From: Nemertoderma westbladi
Taxonomy: Eukaryota > Animalia > Xenacoelomorpha
DNA length: 64,000 bases
Assembly (NCBI GenBank): GCA_032718475.1
Contig: JAUCBJ010008325.1
Span: 1 to 64,000 of the forward strand
Direction: 5' to 3'
This document shows positions 48,629-63,000 of this stretch, in pieces. Below the pieces are notes generated by a model, which worked only from the letters and a program-made list of their open reading frames with translations, was not told the DNA's origin and did no database searches. Every line of letters begins with the position of its first letter. Within the stretch, counting starts at the first letter, position 1. The position numbers and the translations under genes were made by a program.

Positions 48629-49683
48629 TTAGGGCGGTGCGTTTTTTACTTTTTATCGATTTCATTGTTCTACCGGTGCACAAATGTTGCCAAATGGTAA
48701 AAAAATAAGGCAAAAAAAAATTATTTAAATTTCATCTATATCTTCACGGATCCCAAGAGGGTTGAAATTTTGTGCCATCGCGATGCACCATAATGAAATT
48801 TATAACAATATAACACATTGATGAAAGATCAATGACTCAAAAAAGAACTTCCTGCATGCATCAAATGTCATCAAATGGGTCCAAACTTAGTTAGATACCA
48901 AAATTTTAACTTTTGGGTCAAGGGAACTAGTGCCACAGGCACATGGCCAGTACCTACCATTTGGCACAAGTGTTGATTATTCTCAATTTTCGCGATGGCC
49001 AACTTTGATTTATCCTACTGCATTCATATTATGCTCATTAGAACCGCAATGGCCGATTTAGTGGGGGTAGACACATTCAAAACAAACGTAGAGCGAATAG
49101 TTCTTGAGATATCGCAGAAAATGTGAAGTACGGCACAAGTCTACATTACCGCCTTGATGTGATATGGACAAATACACAATAAATGATATTTTGAATTATC
49201 TCAAGGAATCAAATTCGCTCTATGCTTATTTTGATGGTGTCTACCCCCACTAAATCGGTCATTGCGGTTCTAATGAGCATAATAATAATGCCGTAGGAGA
49301 ACTAAAAGTTGTCCATCACCAAAATTGAGAATAATCATCACTTGCGCCAAAGAGTAGGTTCTGGTCATGTGCCTGTGGCACAACTTCCCTTGTTCCAAAA
49401 ATTAAAATTTTGGTATCTAACTAAGTTTGGACCCATTTGATGACATTTGATGGATGCAGGAAGTTCTTTTTTGAGTCATTGATCTTTCATCAATGTGTTA
49501 TATTGTTATACATTTCATTATGGTGCATCGCGATGGCACAAAATTTCAACCCTCTTGGGATCCATGAAGACATAGACGAAATTTAAAGAAATTTTCTTTG
49601 CCTTATTTTTTTTACCATTTGGCAACTTTTGTGCACCGGTAGAACAATGAAATCGAAAAAAAGTAAAAAACGCACCGCCCTAA
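48629..49683. mobile_element. Foldback MITE, almost entirely palindromic (~490-bp arms), hAT-like ends
   Basis: ttagggcggtgcgttttttact... / ...agtaaaaaacgcaccgccctaa, with AGAGC duplicated on both sides. Empty site cataagagcatattg at ~40226 in copy 1. Confidence 0.9.
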
Positions 49684-50834
49684 AGAGCATATTGCTTAAA
49701 ATATATTAAATATAATATAAATATAATTTGCTATACAAATTTCTGGCTGCTTATTGCATGCATATAGTCCAAAAAATCAAATCAAGTCTCACACTGTTCA
49801 TATAGGAATAAGCAATCAAAGTGTAATCTATGTACCCCTTTCGATATCGCTTAATGCACTGAATTCTTAATAATAATATACAATAATTATTTCTTATATT
49901 TAATAAACTGTAATTTTATTAGGAAGAACTTTCACCTTTCTGTAATATAGTATTACTTCTAAGAATACACCTCATTAGTAATAATAATGTTATAAGTTTA
50001 ATTAGATTGTTTACTCGGGCAAATGGGTGGCTTTTAATATAAATGCTATTTAATTATTTATTTAATACTAAATATTATTACCCTTAACAAAGGATGTTAC
50101 CCAATACATGAAAACTATTTTTTGCTCCAATCATGTCTTGATGAATAAAATATAAAAAAGTAGAAAGTTTCATGGGTGGTGCTAAAAATTCTGGAACATT
50201 TAATACAAAAATCGACACACCGGCACTATTAATGGTATAGTACCCTATTAATTAAAAGTATAAAGAGACAAACATTTACTGATAATTAATAGGTAGAGAA
50301 CTATAGAGAAACCCCCCCACACAGCACAAATATCAGTTAAAAATTATAAAATAGAGTTAAGTACAGAAGAGGCGATGTAGATTAATTAGCTGGTTGCTGC
50401 ATATGACGTTCCTATCCTGTCTGGCCTTATGGCAGCCCAGCACCATCTTCCAGTCCAAGCCCACTTCTCCATTTTTGATGCGTGACCCACGAACGCAATG
50501 GGATGCGCCTCGGATAAGGGCAAACTGGACTCGTGTCCTACTCTTACTGTCTTACTCGGGTAATTTGGCTAGCGCAAATTTGCGGGATTTGCGGCATCGG
50601 GACCGGGATTATCACTCTCGGGATCCCGTATGCGTAAAACTTAACTATAAATAAACTTCAATAAACACTATATTACGTAACTAACGGTCAACAGTCAAAT
50701 TATTCATAAGCCACAATATTACTTACAAAATAATAAACTATCTTAATTCAATTTAATACGATGCAGAGAGGTTCCAACCACGAAGACTATAACAGTCTAC
50801 AGTACGAAACCAAGACTTCTCCATTTGGCTGAAT

Positions 50835-51145
50835 ATATATACCTTGCCTGTTTTGGCAAGTATATAAATATACCTTGCCTGTTTTGGCAAGTATGTAAGT
50901 ATGCCTTGCCTGTTTTGGCAAGTATATAAATATACCTTGCCTGTTTTGGCAAGTATGTAAATATACCTTGCCTGTTTTGGCAAGTATATAAATACACCTT
51001 GCCTGTTTTGGCTAGTATATAAATATACCTTGCCTGTTTTGGCAAGTATATAAATATACCTTGCCTGTTTTGGCAAGTATATAAATACACCTTGCCTGTT
51101 TTGGCAAGTATATAAATACACCTTGCCTGTTTTGGCAAGTATTTA
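50835..51145. repeat. 31-bp hairpin tandem repeat (~10 copies)
   Basis: Same unit as 41330-41600. Confidence 0.95.
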
Positions 51146-53580
51146 AATATGTATTGCCTGTTCTGGTAAGTATTTGAATTTGATAGAGTATATTATAAAT
51201 ATGATGGAAACTTCCTGTAAGTTTCACGTGTAAGACAAATGTTGAATAAATTATAAAACAAAATATTATTTTATGGCTTTTTCCCTGGAGCAAAGAGTAG
51301 TAACGCAGGAGGAGTAAACGAACAAATGTAATATGTCCTCTACTTAAAGTAATTGAATTGCCGTACTACTGTAATGAGAATTTCAAAGATTTTTGAGTCA
51401 AATTTTAATAATATCTCGAAACAGGAAATGTCTACAAAGTAGGCCTACATCCTAAATTTGCATAGAGGATAAAACAAGCAGGAAACGAGCTGTATCAACA
51501 AATCAGGGTGATAATATAACAAGTATTATCAAGTCAAGTCAAGTTTGTCAAGTCAAGTGATGTCAAGTCAGTATGTCAAGTCGTATGGCGCCAAGTCAAA
51601 CTACTATCAAGTCACGTGATGTCAATCAAGGCATTAATTATGAAGTGATGTCGAGTCCAATGATGTCAAGTCAAGTGTCATAAAACCAAGTGATATCAAG
51701 TCAAATAATTTAAATTGTTAAAAAGTGTTGTAAAGTCAAGTGAAGTCATATACCATCATGATAAATGACCATGATGTCTGTCACGGTTTTCTAATTATTG
51801 AAATGGCTTCCGTCAATTTGTTTCACCCACTGCATCGTACCCATCTTGTGAAATTCCACCATAAGAGGCAGGCAAAGAATCGCAAGTTTTCTTTGTTTTA
51901 GCTTTTCCAAGGCTCGTCATTGTTAAAATTGATTTCTAATATTAAGGGGACCATTATCTGATATTCATGATTCTGTATATAAAACAAGATTTTTCACAAT
52001 TTCTCAATTTTGACATTTTCCACTGTCAATTTTTTTATTTTTGTCCAAAAAGTTTGAGTCTACTCTATATATAGCATCTCTATATATATATATATAGCTG
52101 CAAACTCAAAATATTATAAGTAAAAAATGTCAAACTGAAAAATGTTGTGTTTGGTTTGATAATTCTGAAGGTATACGGGTTTTCGATGTCGCTGAACAGG
52201 ATGACACTAGTTATAAATATTTCTGGTATGTGCATGTGCAAATCCCATTTTGGTGCCATTCAAGTGCCCCAAAACGAAAACTACAAGTAGCACAAAATTA
52301 TAAAGTGTTAAATTTTGACTTTGGTTATAAATATCCACAGTATACTGGTTTTCAAAGTCGCTGATTACTACGATATAACTCGTAAAAAATCATTCGTGTT
52401 AACGCAACTATCATTTTTGCTGCTTGTCCGGTGGGACGGATAAATACAAATGGCGTACAATTTCAAACGCCAAAAATCGAATTTAGTTCGATAATCCTAT
52501 ATTTTTGAGTGTCATATTCGTGATCAGCGTCCCAGAAAACCCACAATGTCATAAAATCAGGTTGATTTGATAATCATTTTTGTATTATCCAATTAGTGCT
52601 ACTTGTATTTTTCATGCCGCACATTGACACGTACATATCCATAAATTCCCTAATCAATAATGTACGATATATTTCAGTGTTATATTCGTGATCAGCATCC
52701 CAAAAAACCTATATGGTCATAAAATCAATTTGATTTAATTAAGGATAAATAAATCTTGTTTGTAATGCAAAACATGATTCACAATCGAAATACGGCCATC
52801 GCACAGCACAATATATAATATGTATATGAGATCATCCTCTGTGTTCATCCGTGGGAGTTAGTGTGGAGTCCAGTCCCCCTTGCCTTGTACGTAAATACAA
52901 GAAAAGGAAGCAAGTGAAAGAGTACCCTTAATATTGCCTCCAGTAGTGCTTCATATTCACAGATAAATTTACATTACCCCGAATTATTATGAACCCGAAT
53001 TTGTGGGGCAAAGGGCCTTCCTATTTACATCACAAATCAATATCGCCGCAGGCTGGCTTCCCCATCCATTGCATTAGCTACACTACTGTCTGGCCAGCAG
53101 ACATATATTCGCCTTCAAGCTCGATATATTGCCTTCTCTAACAATGGCATCGCCGTTCACTCCATGTAAATAATTAAATGTTCTAGAATATTTTATAGAC
53201 AGCACGAATTCGCTGCCTAACTGCAGAGGAGAAATGTTCCTACAACTGGTGTTATAAATTCCATGAGATAATTTTAATCAATATTGATGGTGTCATTTGT
53301 TTGATGTTAGCACAACTATTACATGTTAGCAGAACTCTAGTCAATGATTTTTGAATGTTCAAGAAGAGGACGCTAAAGGGATACACGATTTTTTTCCCTC
53401 ACATTTCAGGTATTGCAAAGTGGCACTTGTGCTAACATTACAAAGAGTACATGGGGACCCGATCAAAACGTCGGACACATGTCCCTGATCAAATGTCAGC
53501 TCAACTTGTTACCACTATTTTTTTGTCACCACAACTGCCATTTTTGATAGCCAAATGTTAGCACAACTGCCAGTTGGATA

Positions 53581-53978
<398 letters not shown>

Positions 53979-54212
53979 TAATATATAATGAACAAGCCTT
54001 GTTAAAATATCAGATCGAGTTAAAAACCAACATCTGTGGCCCAGTAGGTTAGACTGCGATGGTTGTTCGGACATTCAAGTAGATGGTACGTTGTGGCATG
54101 ATTTCCGCACAATTCACAATTTACAGCAATAATCTGTGGAAGCAGCGTGGAACCCGGTAGAATTACATATTAGATGGTGGAACCCATGGGCAGAATATCT
54201 TGTTATGACGTG

Positions 54213-57200
54213 AACTTGAACTTGAACTTGTTTATTAGCGGATTACAAAGTAAAATAAATACAAATCACTACAGTTAGGTATATGGCTTGTAGGATAGTT
54301 CTTTTTACAGAACACAGCAGAACACAGTAGAACACAGCAGAACACAATAGAATAAAGGCGGAACATAGGCGAACACAGCTGTAATTAAAATCTACAGCAA
54401 AAAATAACACACTTGGGAAAATACCGGACTTAATCATACAACTGTAAGATGTCAATTACATATTTAAATTAAATGGCGGTTTTACATATCCTCCAAAATA
54501 AATTACCTGATCAGAGTTGCCCGATCAGCTGTTCGGTTAGGCCTGTACCTGTTACTAGTCCAGCAGTCTGCCTGTCAGCCTGTTCCAATACTGCAGTAGG
54601 CCTAGTGCTGTAGAGACATGTACAGACTGATAGACTGTACATTGTACAGGCAGATAGATGTAGGCATTTACCGGCAATTACCGGGCACAGTGTAGAGTAT
54701 ATTACCAATGTACTGATATAGGCCTACTCAGCTACCGGTACTGTAGTGCTGTAGAACTAACCAACTCTCCATGGTTACAGGATAGTGAGAAGTAATTTAT
54801 TTTGGAGGATATGGAAAACCGCCATTTAATTTAAATATGTAATTGACATCTTACAGTTGTATGATTAAATCCGGTACTTTCCCAAGTGTGTTATTTTTTG
54901 GTGTAGATTTTAATTACAGCTGTGTTCGCCTATGTTCCGCCTGTATTCTATTGTGTTCTGCTGTGTTCTACTGTGTTCTGCTGTGTTCTGTAAAAAGATA
55001 TATCCTGGCTTGTACAACTACAGTACAGTACGACAATCATAGTGCAATTGTTACTGTTTAACACAATATAGGCAATTTAGTACATAATATAATATACGCA
55101 ATTTTAGTGTTAAATATTAAAAATTTACAACAATGTTCGATGTCCAGTTAAAATAAAATGAATATAGAAGGTAATTGATACAGAAATTGTTAAAAACTGA
55201 TAGGTTAAAAATACACAAAAAAAATTTTCTGAAAAGAATCCACAAGCAAAATTAATATGAATAGACCAGGTGCATGTAACAAATAAAAATAAGGAACGTT
55301 ATTGATACTTAATAAAATAACACATAAATACTGCCATTAACAACTTGCAACAAGAAACATATTAAAGTTCCAAATGAAAAAATACTAGAGAGGTGGAGAC
55401 TATTTTTCCAAAACTACAGTATCTTGATTGTCTGTGGATGTACGAATTATATTTAAATAAAATAATAAGAAATAAATATGGATTCGATCTTGTTTAAAAT
55501 ATCCTAAAAAAGTTAAAATAAACTGACACCACTTTTTTCACCAAATTAACATATTTACACTAACAAAATATATTTAAACTAAAATAATTACAAGATAAAA
55601 AGCATGATCCAAGCTTGACGCCCAATGTGTGTAGTGTTATCACCGATAGAAATTAACAAAAAGAAAAAAAAATGTAGCCGCTAAGGATAGCCCTAAGAGA
55701 TAATTACATCTCATTTCCATAGGGATCCCTGTTATAAAAGGTAGATAAAATATAAAGTTTATAAGTAATAGAAACATAATAAAATCGCTATGTTATTGTG
55801 AACACCGAGATATCCGTGGATGCAAGTTTATCTAAAAAGTGTTTCTTCAGGTTGTGTTGGAATACGACAAGAGATGGCGCTCGAGTTATTGACCCTGGTA
55901 GATCATTCCACAACGAGGGCCCGTAGTATGAGAATGTAGACTGGCCGTGGACGGTGTGTCTCTGTGGGATTTCCGCACGTATATGTGGCCCCCGAAGATT
56001 CATTGCACCTTGATTAAAAGAAACTAGCTCCGAGAGGTATGATGGAGCTTGCAAGTGTAAAACTTTATACATATACGACAGCATTTTAGAATAGCACCTT
56101 TCCCTTAATGGAAGCCAGTTTATATCCTTGAAGTGGACCGGGCCGATGTGATCACGAGACCCCATACCCAGGCAGAAACGAATGCATTTTCGTTGGAGAG
56201 CCTCCAACTGAGTTCGCAATTTGGAAGAGATAGTCAAGAACCAGCAGCTAGAGGCGTAGTCCATATGGGGCTGGATGAGGGCCATGCAGAGTAGTCGACG
56301 GGAATGGCGATCGAGAACTCCTCCATTGCGGTGAAGAAATTTTAGACGGCTGTTTCCCTTTTTAATTATTTTTTGAGCCATATTCTCACCTGCAAGAGTG
56401 TTATCGAGTTCTGCTCCGAGATAGGTCACCGCATCCTTCACCGGTATATCAATGCCGCCGCATTTAACTTGCAGTTTCGGAGCTGATGCTAACCTCTGAT
56501 GTGTACCAAAACAAATTGCCTGGGTTTTCTTGAAATTTATGCTAAGGCGATTATCATTACACCAATCGTACACAGCATCCATATTCTCTGACAGGACGCG
56601 AGATAGTTCATCCACATCAGAATTTGAGTCCAATAAGCTGGTATCATCGGCAAACATTGGGGCTGCAATTTCTATAGCTTGTGAAATGTCATTGGTATGG
56701 TCACCGAATAAATCGGGCCCCAAAATCGAACCTTGAGGAACTCCAATGTCAATTTGGCTTCTTTCCGATTCTACACCATTAATACTCACAAACTGCTGTC
56801 TACCCGTCAGGTACGATTTCATCCATCTTGTAGTGCTATCAGAGAATCCCATAAGTTTGAGTTTGGCTAGCAGTGTGGAATGAGCTATGGTGTCGAACGC
56901 CTTGCTGAGGTCTATTAGAACCATACCTGTAAGGTGGCCTTTCTCAATACCTTCTCGGATGAAGTTGTCTACATAGATTAGGGTAGTCTCAGTCGAATAT
57001 CCACGCCGAAATCCAGACTGAAGTTTATTAGCGATCCCACTTGTTGCTATATATTCCGCATGCTGGTTGTGGACGACCCTTTCAAGAATCTTCGATAAAA
57101 TTGGCAGGAGAGAAATCGGTCTGTTATTTTCCTTTTCTAGAGCATTACTAGAACTTTTTTTAATAGGCTTGACTTTGGCGGTTTTGTAATTTTCAGGAAA

Positions 57201-57869
57201 AGTGCTGGTTTTGATCGAAGTATTAACTATGTGTGTTATAGGTCCAGTAATGACGTCACAGCAATCCTTTGTTATTCGTGCTGGAATTCCATCTGCGCCT
57301 GTACATTTGCTTGTATCAATTTCCTGGGTAATTGACTCTATTTCTTGTTCAGTTATTTCGGAAAGAGTAAATGTTTCCTGACTGGTTCCCATGTTTTGGT
57401 AATAATCCCTTGTAGCCTCGTATCCAAATCGTCCTGTAGGAGATGGTAATTTCGATTCCAAGGATTTTGCGACATTTGAAAAATACTCGTTAAAACAGTT
57501 GCTTATTAGTTTTGGGTCACGTGATATTACACCATCTATTAACAATCCTGGACTGGCAGAATCAGCTGTTTGTGTCTTTTTGGAAGGCATGCCAAGTGAT
57601 TTGAAAATTTTCCAAAGGTCTTTGGGATTGTTTTTAGAAGATTGTACTTTTGCTTTGATATATTCTGCTTTTTTGAAACGTATTAAACTAGTTACTTTAT
57701 TCCTAATTTTTTTGAAATCATCTTCATTGGCTTTTGCTTGGTGAAAAACAAGTGTAGCTTTGTGGCGTTTTGTAATGGCATCGCGAACCTCATTATCCAT
57801 CCATGGCTCGCTTCGGTGTTTAACCCTCACTGATCTTGGCGGCGCTAAACGGTCAATTATAGGTGGATT
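54213..57869 (-). mobile_element. 5'-truncated L2/Crack/Daphne-type LINE inserted in the host LINE
   Basis: RT at 55788-57869 (NNRPISLLP, QSGFR, DLSKAFD, GVPQGSILGP, FADD, YLG, APSYL, LWNDLP). AATAAA and (CAAGTT)3 tail at 54213-54236; CAC present at both junctions. Confidence 0.9.
54293..55005. mobile_element. Mutator-like (MULE) MITE in the LINE 3' UTR
   Basis: ~215-bp TIRs starting GGATA; 9-bp TSD tggcttgta at 54284-54292 and 55006-55014. Confidence 0.88.
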
Positions 57870-58619
57870 GTGTCTTTGCTTGAAGTTCGCCTTCGTCCAG
57901 TCTCGGCTTGTTAGAGCGGGTGTGTTCCAGAATGCGCTGTCAATTTCGGAAATTTTCGCTGTATTGATGTTTAAATATATTGTAAACTCCTCCGTCTTTG
58001 GCAATTTGTGGCTACTTTGGAGTTCTATTGATAGATTGCGTTCCTGCGCGATGGCGATGACCAGGCGATTATGTGTGTTTTTGTGTAGACCCAATACACG
58101 TTTTAGGTATGATGACTTTATTTTATCGAGAGTAAGGAAATTTGTAGCTGTGAGGTGCGGCCATATTATCCCGAGGCTGTATGTTACACACGGCCGAATT
58201 TTCAGGTTGAACAGTTTTATTGCTGTCTCGAGTGATAACAGTTTGGTATCTTTAATCGAATGAACAGCCGAAAGCGATTTAGTTACAATTTTCGATATAT
58301 GCATTGTGAAGCAGAGTGTTGTTTGGAATATTACGCCAAGGTAGGTGTAAGAGTTGGTAACTTTAACTGTATCGTTGTTGTAATAAAATTTATCTTCTCT
58401 TGACAACCTCCCGCCCTTCCTAAACTTAATAATCTCGGTTTTGGTCAGATTAACCTGTAGTCCGTTGTGAGCCGCCCACTTTGCTGTTGCATTCAATGCT
58501 GTTTGTAGACCTTCTCTGGATTCGCAGTAGATAAGAAGGTCGTCAGCAAAAAGAAATACTATTACTGCGATGGCTGCGCGTTTGATTGCAACGATTAAGT
58601 CTAAAATAAACAATATAAA

Positions 58620-59725
58620 TAGGAATGTATAAATAGTAAAATATTGAGAGTAAAATTATCGGTGTAAAAATATCGCAAGTAAAATTATCGAGAGTAAAAT
58701 TATCGCGAGTAAAAATATCGCGAGTGAAATTATCGAGAGTAAAATTATCGCGAAAATATCGCAAGTTAAATTCATTTTTATAGTAGTGTTTAAAAATTAC
58801 AAAAACTGTAGCTATAAAAATTTATATTTTTTTAAATAAGACAGTGTTTATTTTATTGTTTCTATGGTAGGCCCTATTACTGCAACTAGTGTTTTCGTGG
58901 GTAGCTAGTATTTCATTCCAAAAATCATAGCTAATTTTACTCTCAATATTTTTACTCTCGACTTTTTTCTCGCACATTTTTACTCTTGCTATTTTTACTT
59001 ACGATATTTTTACTCTCGATATTTTTGCTCAATATTTTTACTCGTGATATTTTCGATATTTTTACGCTCGATATTTTTACTCTCGACATTTTTCTCGCGA
59101 TATTTTTACTCTTGATATTTTTACTTTCGATATTTTTACTCTCTATATTTTTACTCCCGACATATTCCTCGCGATATTTTTACTCTTGATAGTTTTACTC
59201 TCGACATTTTTTTGCGATATTTTTACTGTTGATATTTTTACTCATCGACATTTTTCTCGCGATATTTTTACTCTTGATATTTTTACTTTCGATATTTTTA
59301 CTCTCGATATTTTTACTCAATATTTTTACTCGCGATATTTTCGATATTTTTATTCTCGATATTTTTACTCTCGATATTTTTACTGTCGATATTTTTACTC
59401 ACTATTTTACTCCTGAAAATCTACTCTCGATATTTTTTACTCTCGATATTTTTAAACTCTCAATATTTTTACTCTCGATATTTTTACTCCCAATATTTTT
59501 ACTGTCGATATTTTTACTCACTATTTTACTCCTGAAAATCTACTATCGATATTTTTTACTCTCGTTATTTTTCAACTCTCGATATTTTTACTCTCAATAT
59601 TTTTTGAACTCGCGCTAAATTATCGATATTTTTCATCTTGCGATATTTTTACTCTCCATATTTTTCAACACTCAATATTTTTAATCGCGATATTTTTCAA
59701 CTCTCGATAATTTTTAAATATAACC
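58620..59725. repeat. Foldback-like element of ~15-bp subrepeats in opposite orientations
   Basis: (gagtaaaattatcgc)n at 58640-58770 faces (tttttactctcgata)n at 58930-59715. Truncates the host LINE at its 5' side. Confidence 0.65.
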
Positions 59726-60098
59726 AATTATTATTCTGTGACAATGACAAGTGTTACCAATGACAACAGAATGCTACTGTAAATTTCACCACATTAATTT
59801 ATACATACATTGCCAGAATTCCAGTATGTGGGCCTATGTGGGCATTTTTCTGGGCAATGCATGGTGTAGATGTAAGCCTGATGTGATAGCTGGCTTATAT
59901 ACCTATAGGACCTTATAGCAGCAACCTTATATGTCATATAACCTGGAACAAATTAACAGTTAGAATGAACCCTAATGAAATACTGTAGGCCTAGTAACAT
60001 AAAAACCATATAGGCCTACTATTTACATTATAGGCCTAATATTATATTAGTGTTGAAATTGTAATTAACAGATAGTAAGTAGCCTTCTTGGAAATGCA

Positions 60099-63000
60099 AT
60101 GCCTGGGAAAAAAGTAGGAGCGCCGCGTAAAAGAGCCAAGTCATCTACTGAAAATATTGTGGGCGTTCCAAAGAAAAGAGCAAAGAGAACTGAAGGGAAA
60201 AAATGTCAACCGCATGTGAAACGAAAACTGAAACCGAAGACACACGTTGTGCCGAAAAGAAAATCCGGAAAACACTACACTAAGAGAAAATGTGTAATTA
60301 AGTCTAAGATAATAAAAAGTGCAGCAACAAAAAACAAACATCTTGAGAATGTTGCATTGTCATCTAAAGATCCCTTCTTTGAAGTCAAATTTAATCATGC
60401 GAATATTTCAAATATTAATAAGACCAGGCAGATTTACACTTCAGTGAATATAGCTGATAATGCAAGGCTCAATGTTCTTATTAATGATTATGATCATGTG
60501 TTTGATGTAACCTTAAACAGAAGTTACTCTGCATCACAAAACCCAACTCAAAATGCTCTCGATCTTGCTGTGGAACGAGGGAATAGATTTGCAATACAAG
60601 CAATATATAATGACATAAATAATCCCAAGAATAGAGCTGCAGCCTTGCCCGCAACTTCATTGGAAACTCAAGATGTTGGTGTGTACAATTTTAGACTACT
60701 AGGACATGCTGTTAGACCACTTACAAGCACCAGGGGAGGGAAGGAAGGCAATTCTGCTCTGTGCAAATCAAGCGGCAGTTATGTAGTAAGGAATACAATA
60801 TTGCGAATGTGTCATTTAGGAGTATCACGGGATATCGTTAATTTGGTTAGGGCTCATATGAACAACGATTTCCAATTTTATTTCCTGGGAATAGAAGCTG
60901 CTGTGTCATGTGGCCATCGCAAGTTGGCAGGCTATTTAGTTGAGTTGTCATTGAAATGTTCCATGGGTTTCAATTTACTACACAAGGAAGTGTTGCTTAA
61001 TGACACTCAGGAACTCACTCCATTTAAATCTGTCTCAGTGCTAAAGAAACCCCAAACTCGCTTTCGTATATCTCCTATACACTGTGCTGCCATAAATCCG
61101 AATACAGCATATTTAGAAAAGTTGTTGTCTATTGTACCAGAATATAATGTTTCTGATGTGAAACAAAGAAAACCCATTCATTTTGCTGCTGCTTGTGAAT
61201 CCACAGGACCCCTTCTGCTTCTGCTGGCGAGAGGAGCTAGTGTTAATGAAACGGATAGTCTCGGAAATACACCTCTAATATTTGCTGCAAAGGCAGGTCG
61301 TGAACAAAATATAGAAGTCATACTAAATGAAATCAGAAATGCCCAATCAATGCAAGTAGTTATCACTGGAGGAGTTGATAAAGCTAACCGATCTGGCTTT
61401 GCACCTATACATTTAGCTACAAAGTTTAGACATCTCAAGTCACTTAAGAAACTTATAGCCGGAGGGGCCAATGTTGAGAAAAATTTAACTGCCAGCAGAA
61501 ACCGGATGACTGCATTGATGATCGCTGCTGAAGTAGGTTCTATTGAAGTATTAAAATGTTTGGTGGACGAAGGCAATGCAAAAATAGATGCTAAAGATAA
61601 GCATAAGAAAACTGCACTTATATATGCTGTTATGAATGGAAACTACAATGCAACAGCATACTTATTATCTTGTGAGGCCAATATTAATACCAAAGATAAT
61701 TCTGGAAATGCTATAATTCACTATGCTGCAGCATATGGGTGGTATCATATATCCCAACTCTTAATAGATGAAGATGTCAATCTAAATGTTATCAACGACT
61801 GGAAACTCACACCGTTAGCCATAGCCATGATGAATTCTTATACCGAAGTTGCTGCCCTTTTGATGGATTATGGAATTGATGTGAATTATAAGGGTGAAGA
61901 AGGAAAAACATTATTGAGTATTATTTGTGCAAAATCAAAACCCAGTAAAATGTTTGTCAAAGGTATCAAACAACTTGTTATTCACCGAAAAGCAAATCCA
62001 AATATTTGTGATGCATATGGAAATACATGTCTCCATTATTTGGCTGCAAATTACCTTCTTGCGGAAGCAACAGATAGTAATTTTGGAATTGAGGTAGCCT
62101 TAATCTTGCTACATGGTGGAGCAGATATAACAATTAGAAATAATAAAAAGCAATCCCCGATTTTGATAGCTGCAGAATCGGGATCAATGAAACTTCTCGA
62201 ATTTCTTATTAATTCGTCAAATATATTTCAGTGTGAACTGGGAACTGATGATAACACCCTTCTACATTTACTAGCATCTCAAAATGTTATTAAAACAGAC
62301 TTAACATCATTATGGAAGACAATAAAATCAAACATTCCAAATGATGTTCTAAAAGAAATGGGTACATCATTCAATAGCAGAGGTTTTTGTCCACTACATT
62401 TAGCATGTGTTAGCTATGGAGAGCTTAGTGCAAACCAGAGTACCACCTACAAAGTATTGAAGTGTGTTAGAGAGAATATATCAAATTTAATTGCATCTGT
62501 TCCAGTCGTGGTAAACATGCAAGTGGGGAAACGTAAAGTTTTTACAGATGATGAATGTGAATATGATACTGTGAGGGCCTTTGGGAGTGCCACACATGAT
62601 TTAAATAATCAATTAGAATATGATGGAGCTTACGGTCTAATGACACCAGTACACATAATTTTATGTTGCCATGGTGGTTATGTACCTTTTGGACAAGAAG
62701 GTCCACTATCTTCCTCTAAACGACCAGTGCTTGAAATGCTACTCAGGGAATCTCCAAATTTAAATTTCCTTGATAAAGATGGTCACATGCCCATTTACTA
62801 TGCTCTCTCTAAATGTAATTCAAAACATAGGAGATGGAGCAATGATGAAATTTCTGCTAGCATGTTAATTAAGGCAGGCTGTGATGTCAATCAATTTACT
62901 GAACTTCTTAATGATGGACATCCTGTAGATAATAATATAAACAATGGCAATGCACGCAAGAGAATAAATCCATTAATGATAGCTGCTAAACATTCAATGG

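Larger units (their letters stand above)
53985..58613 (-). mobile_element. Host non-LTR retrotransposon remnant (pieces 57870-58613 and 53985-54212), clade uncertain
   Basis: FLFADDLLIY..YTYLGV..KSSYLKRVLGL..FKQRH resumes at 54212 as HVITRYSAHGFHHLICNSTGFH..CELCGNHATTYHLLECP. Confidence 0.85.

Noticed and set aside
55788-58613. A genuine novel two-RT retroelement protein
   Set aside because: The host LINE's C-terminus resumes exactly after the inserted LINE's tail at 54212, showing nested insertion.
58543-59618. Hydrophobic IFTLD/IFLL-repeat ORFs
   Set aside because: Products of the ~15-bp tandem subrepeats.
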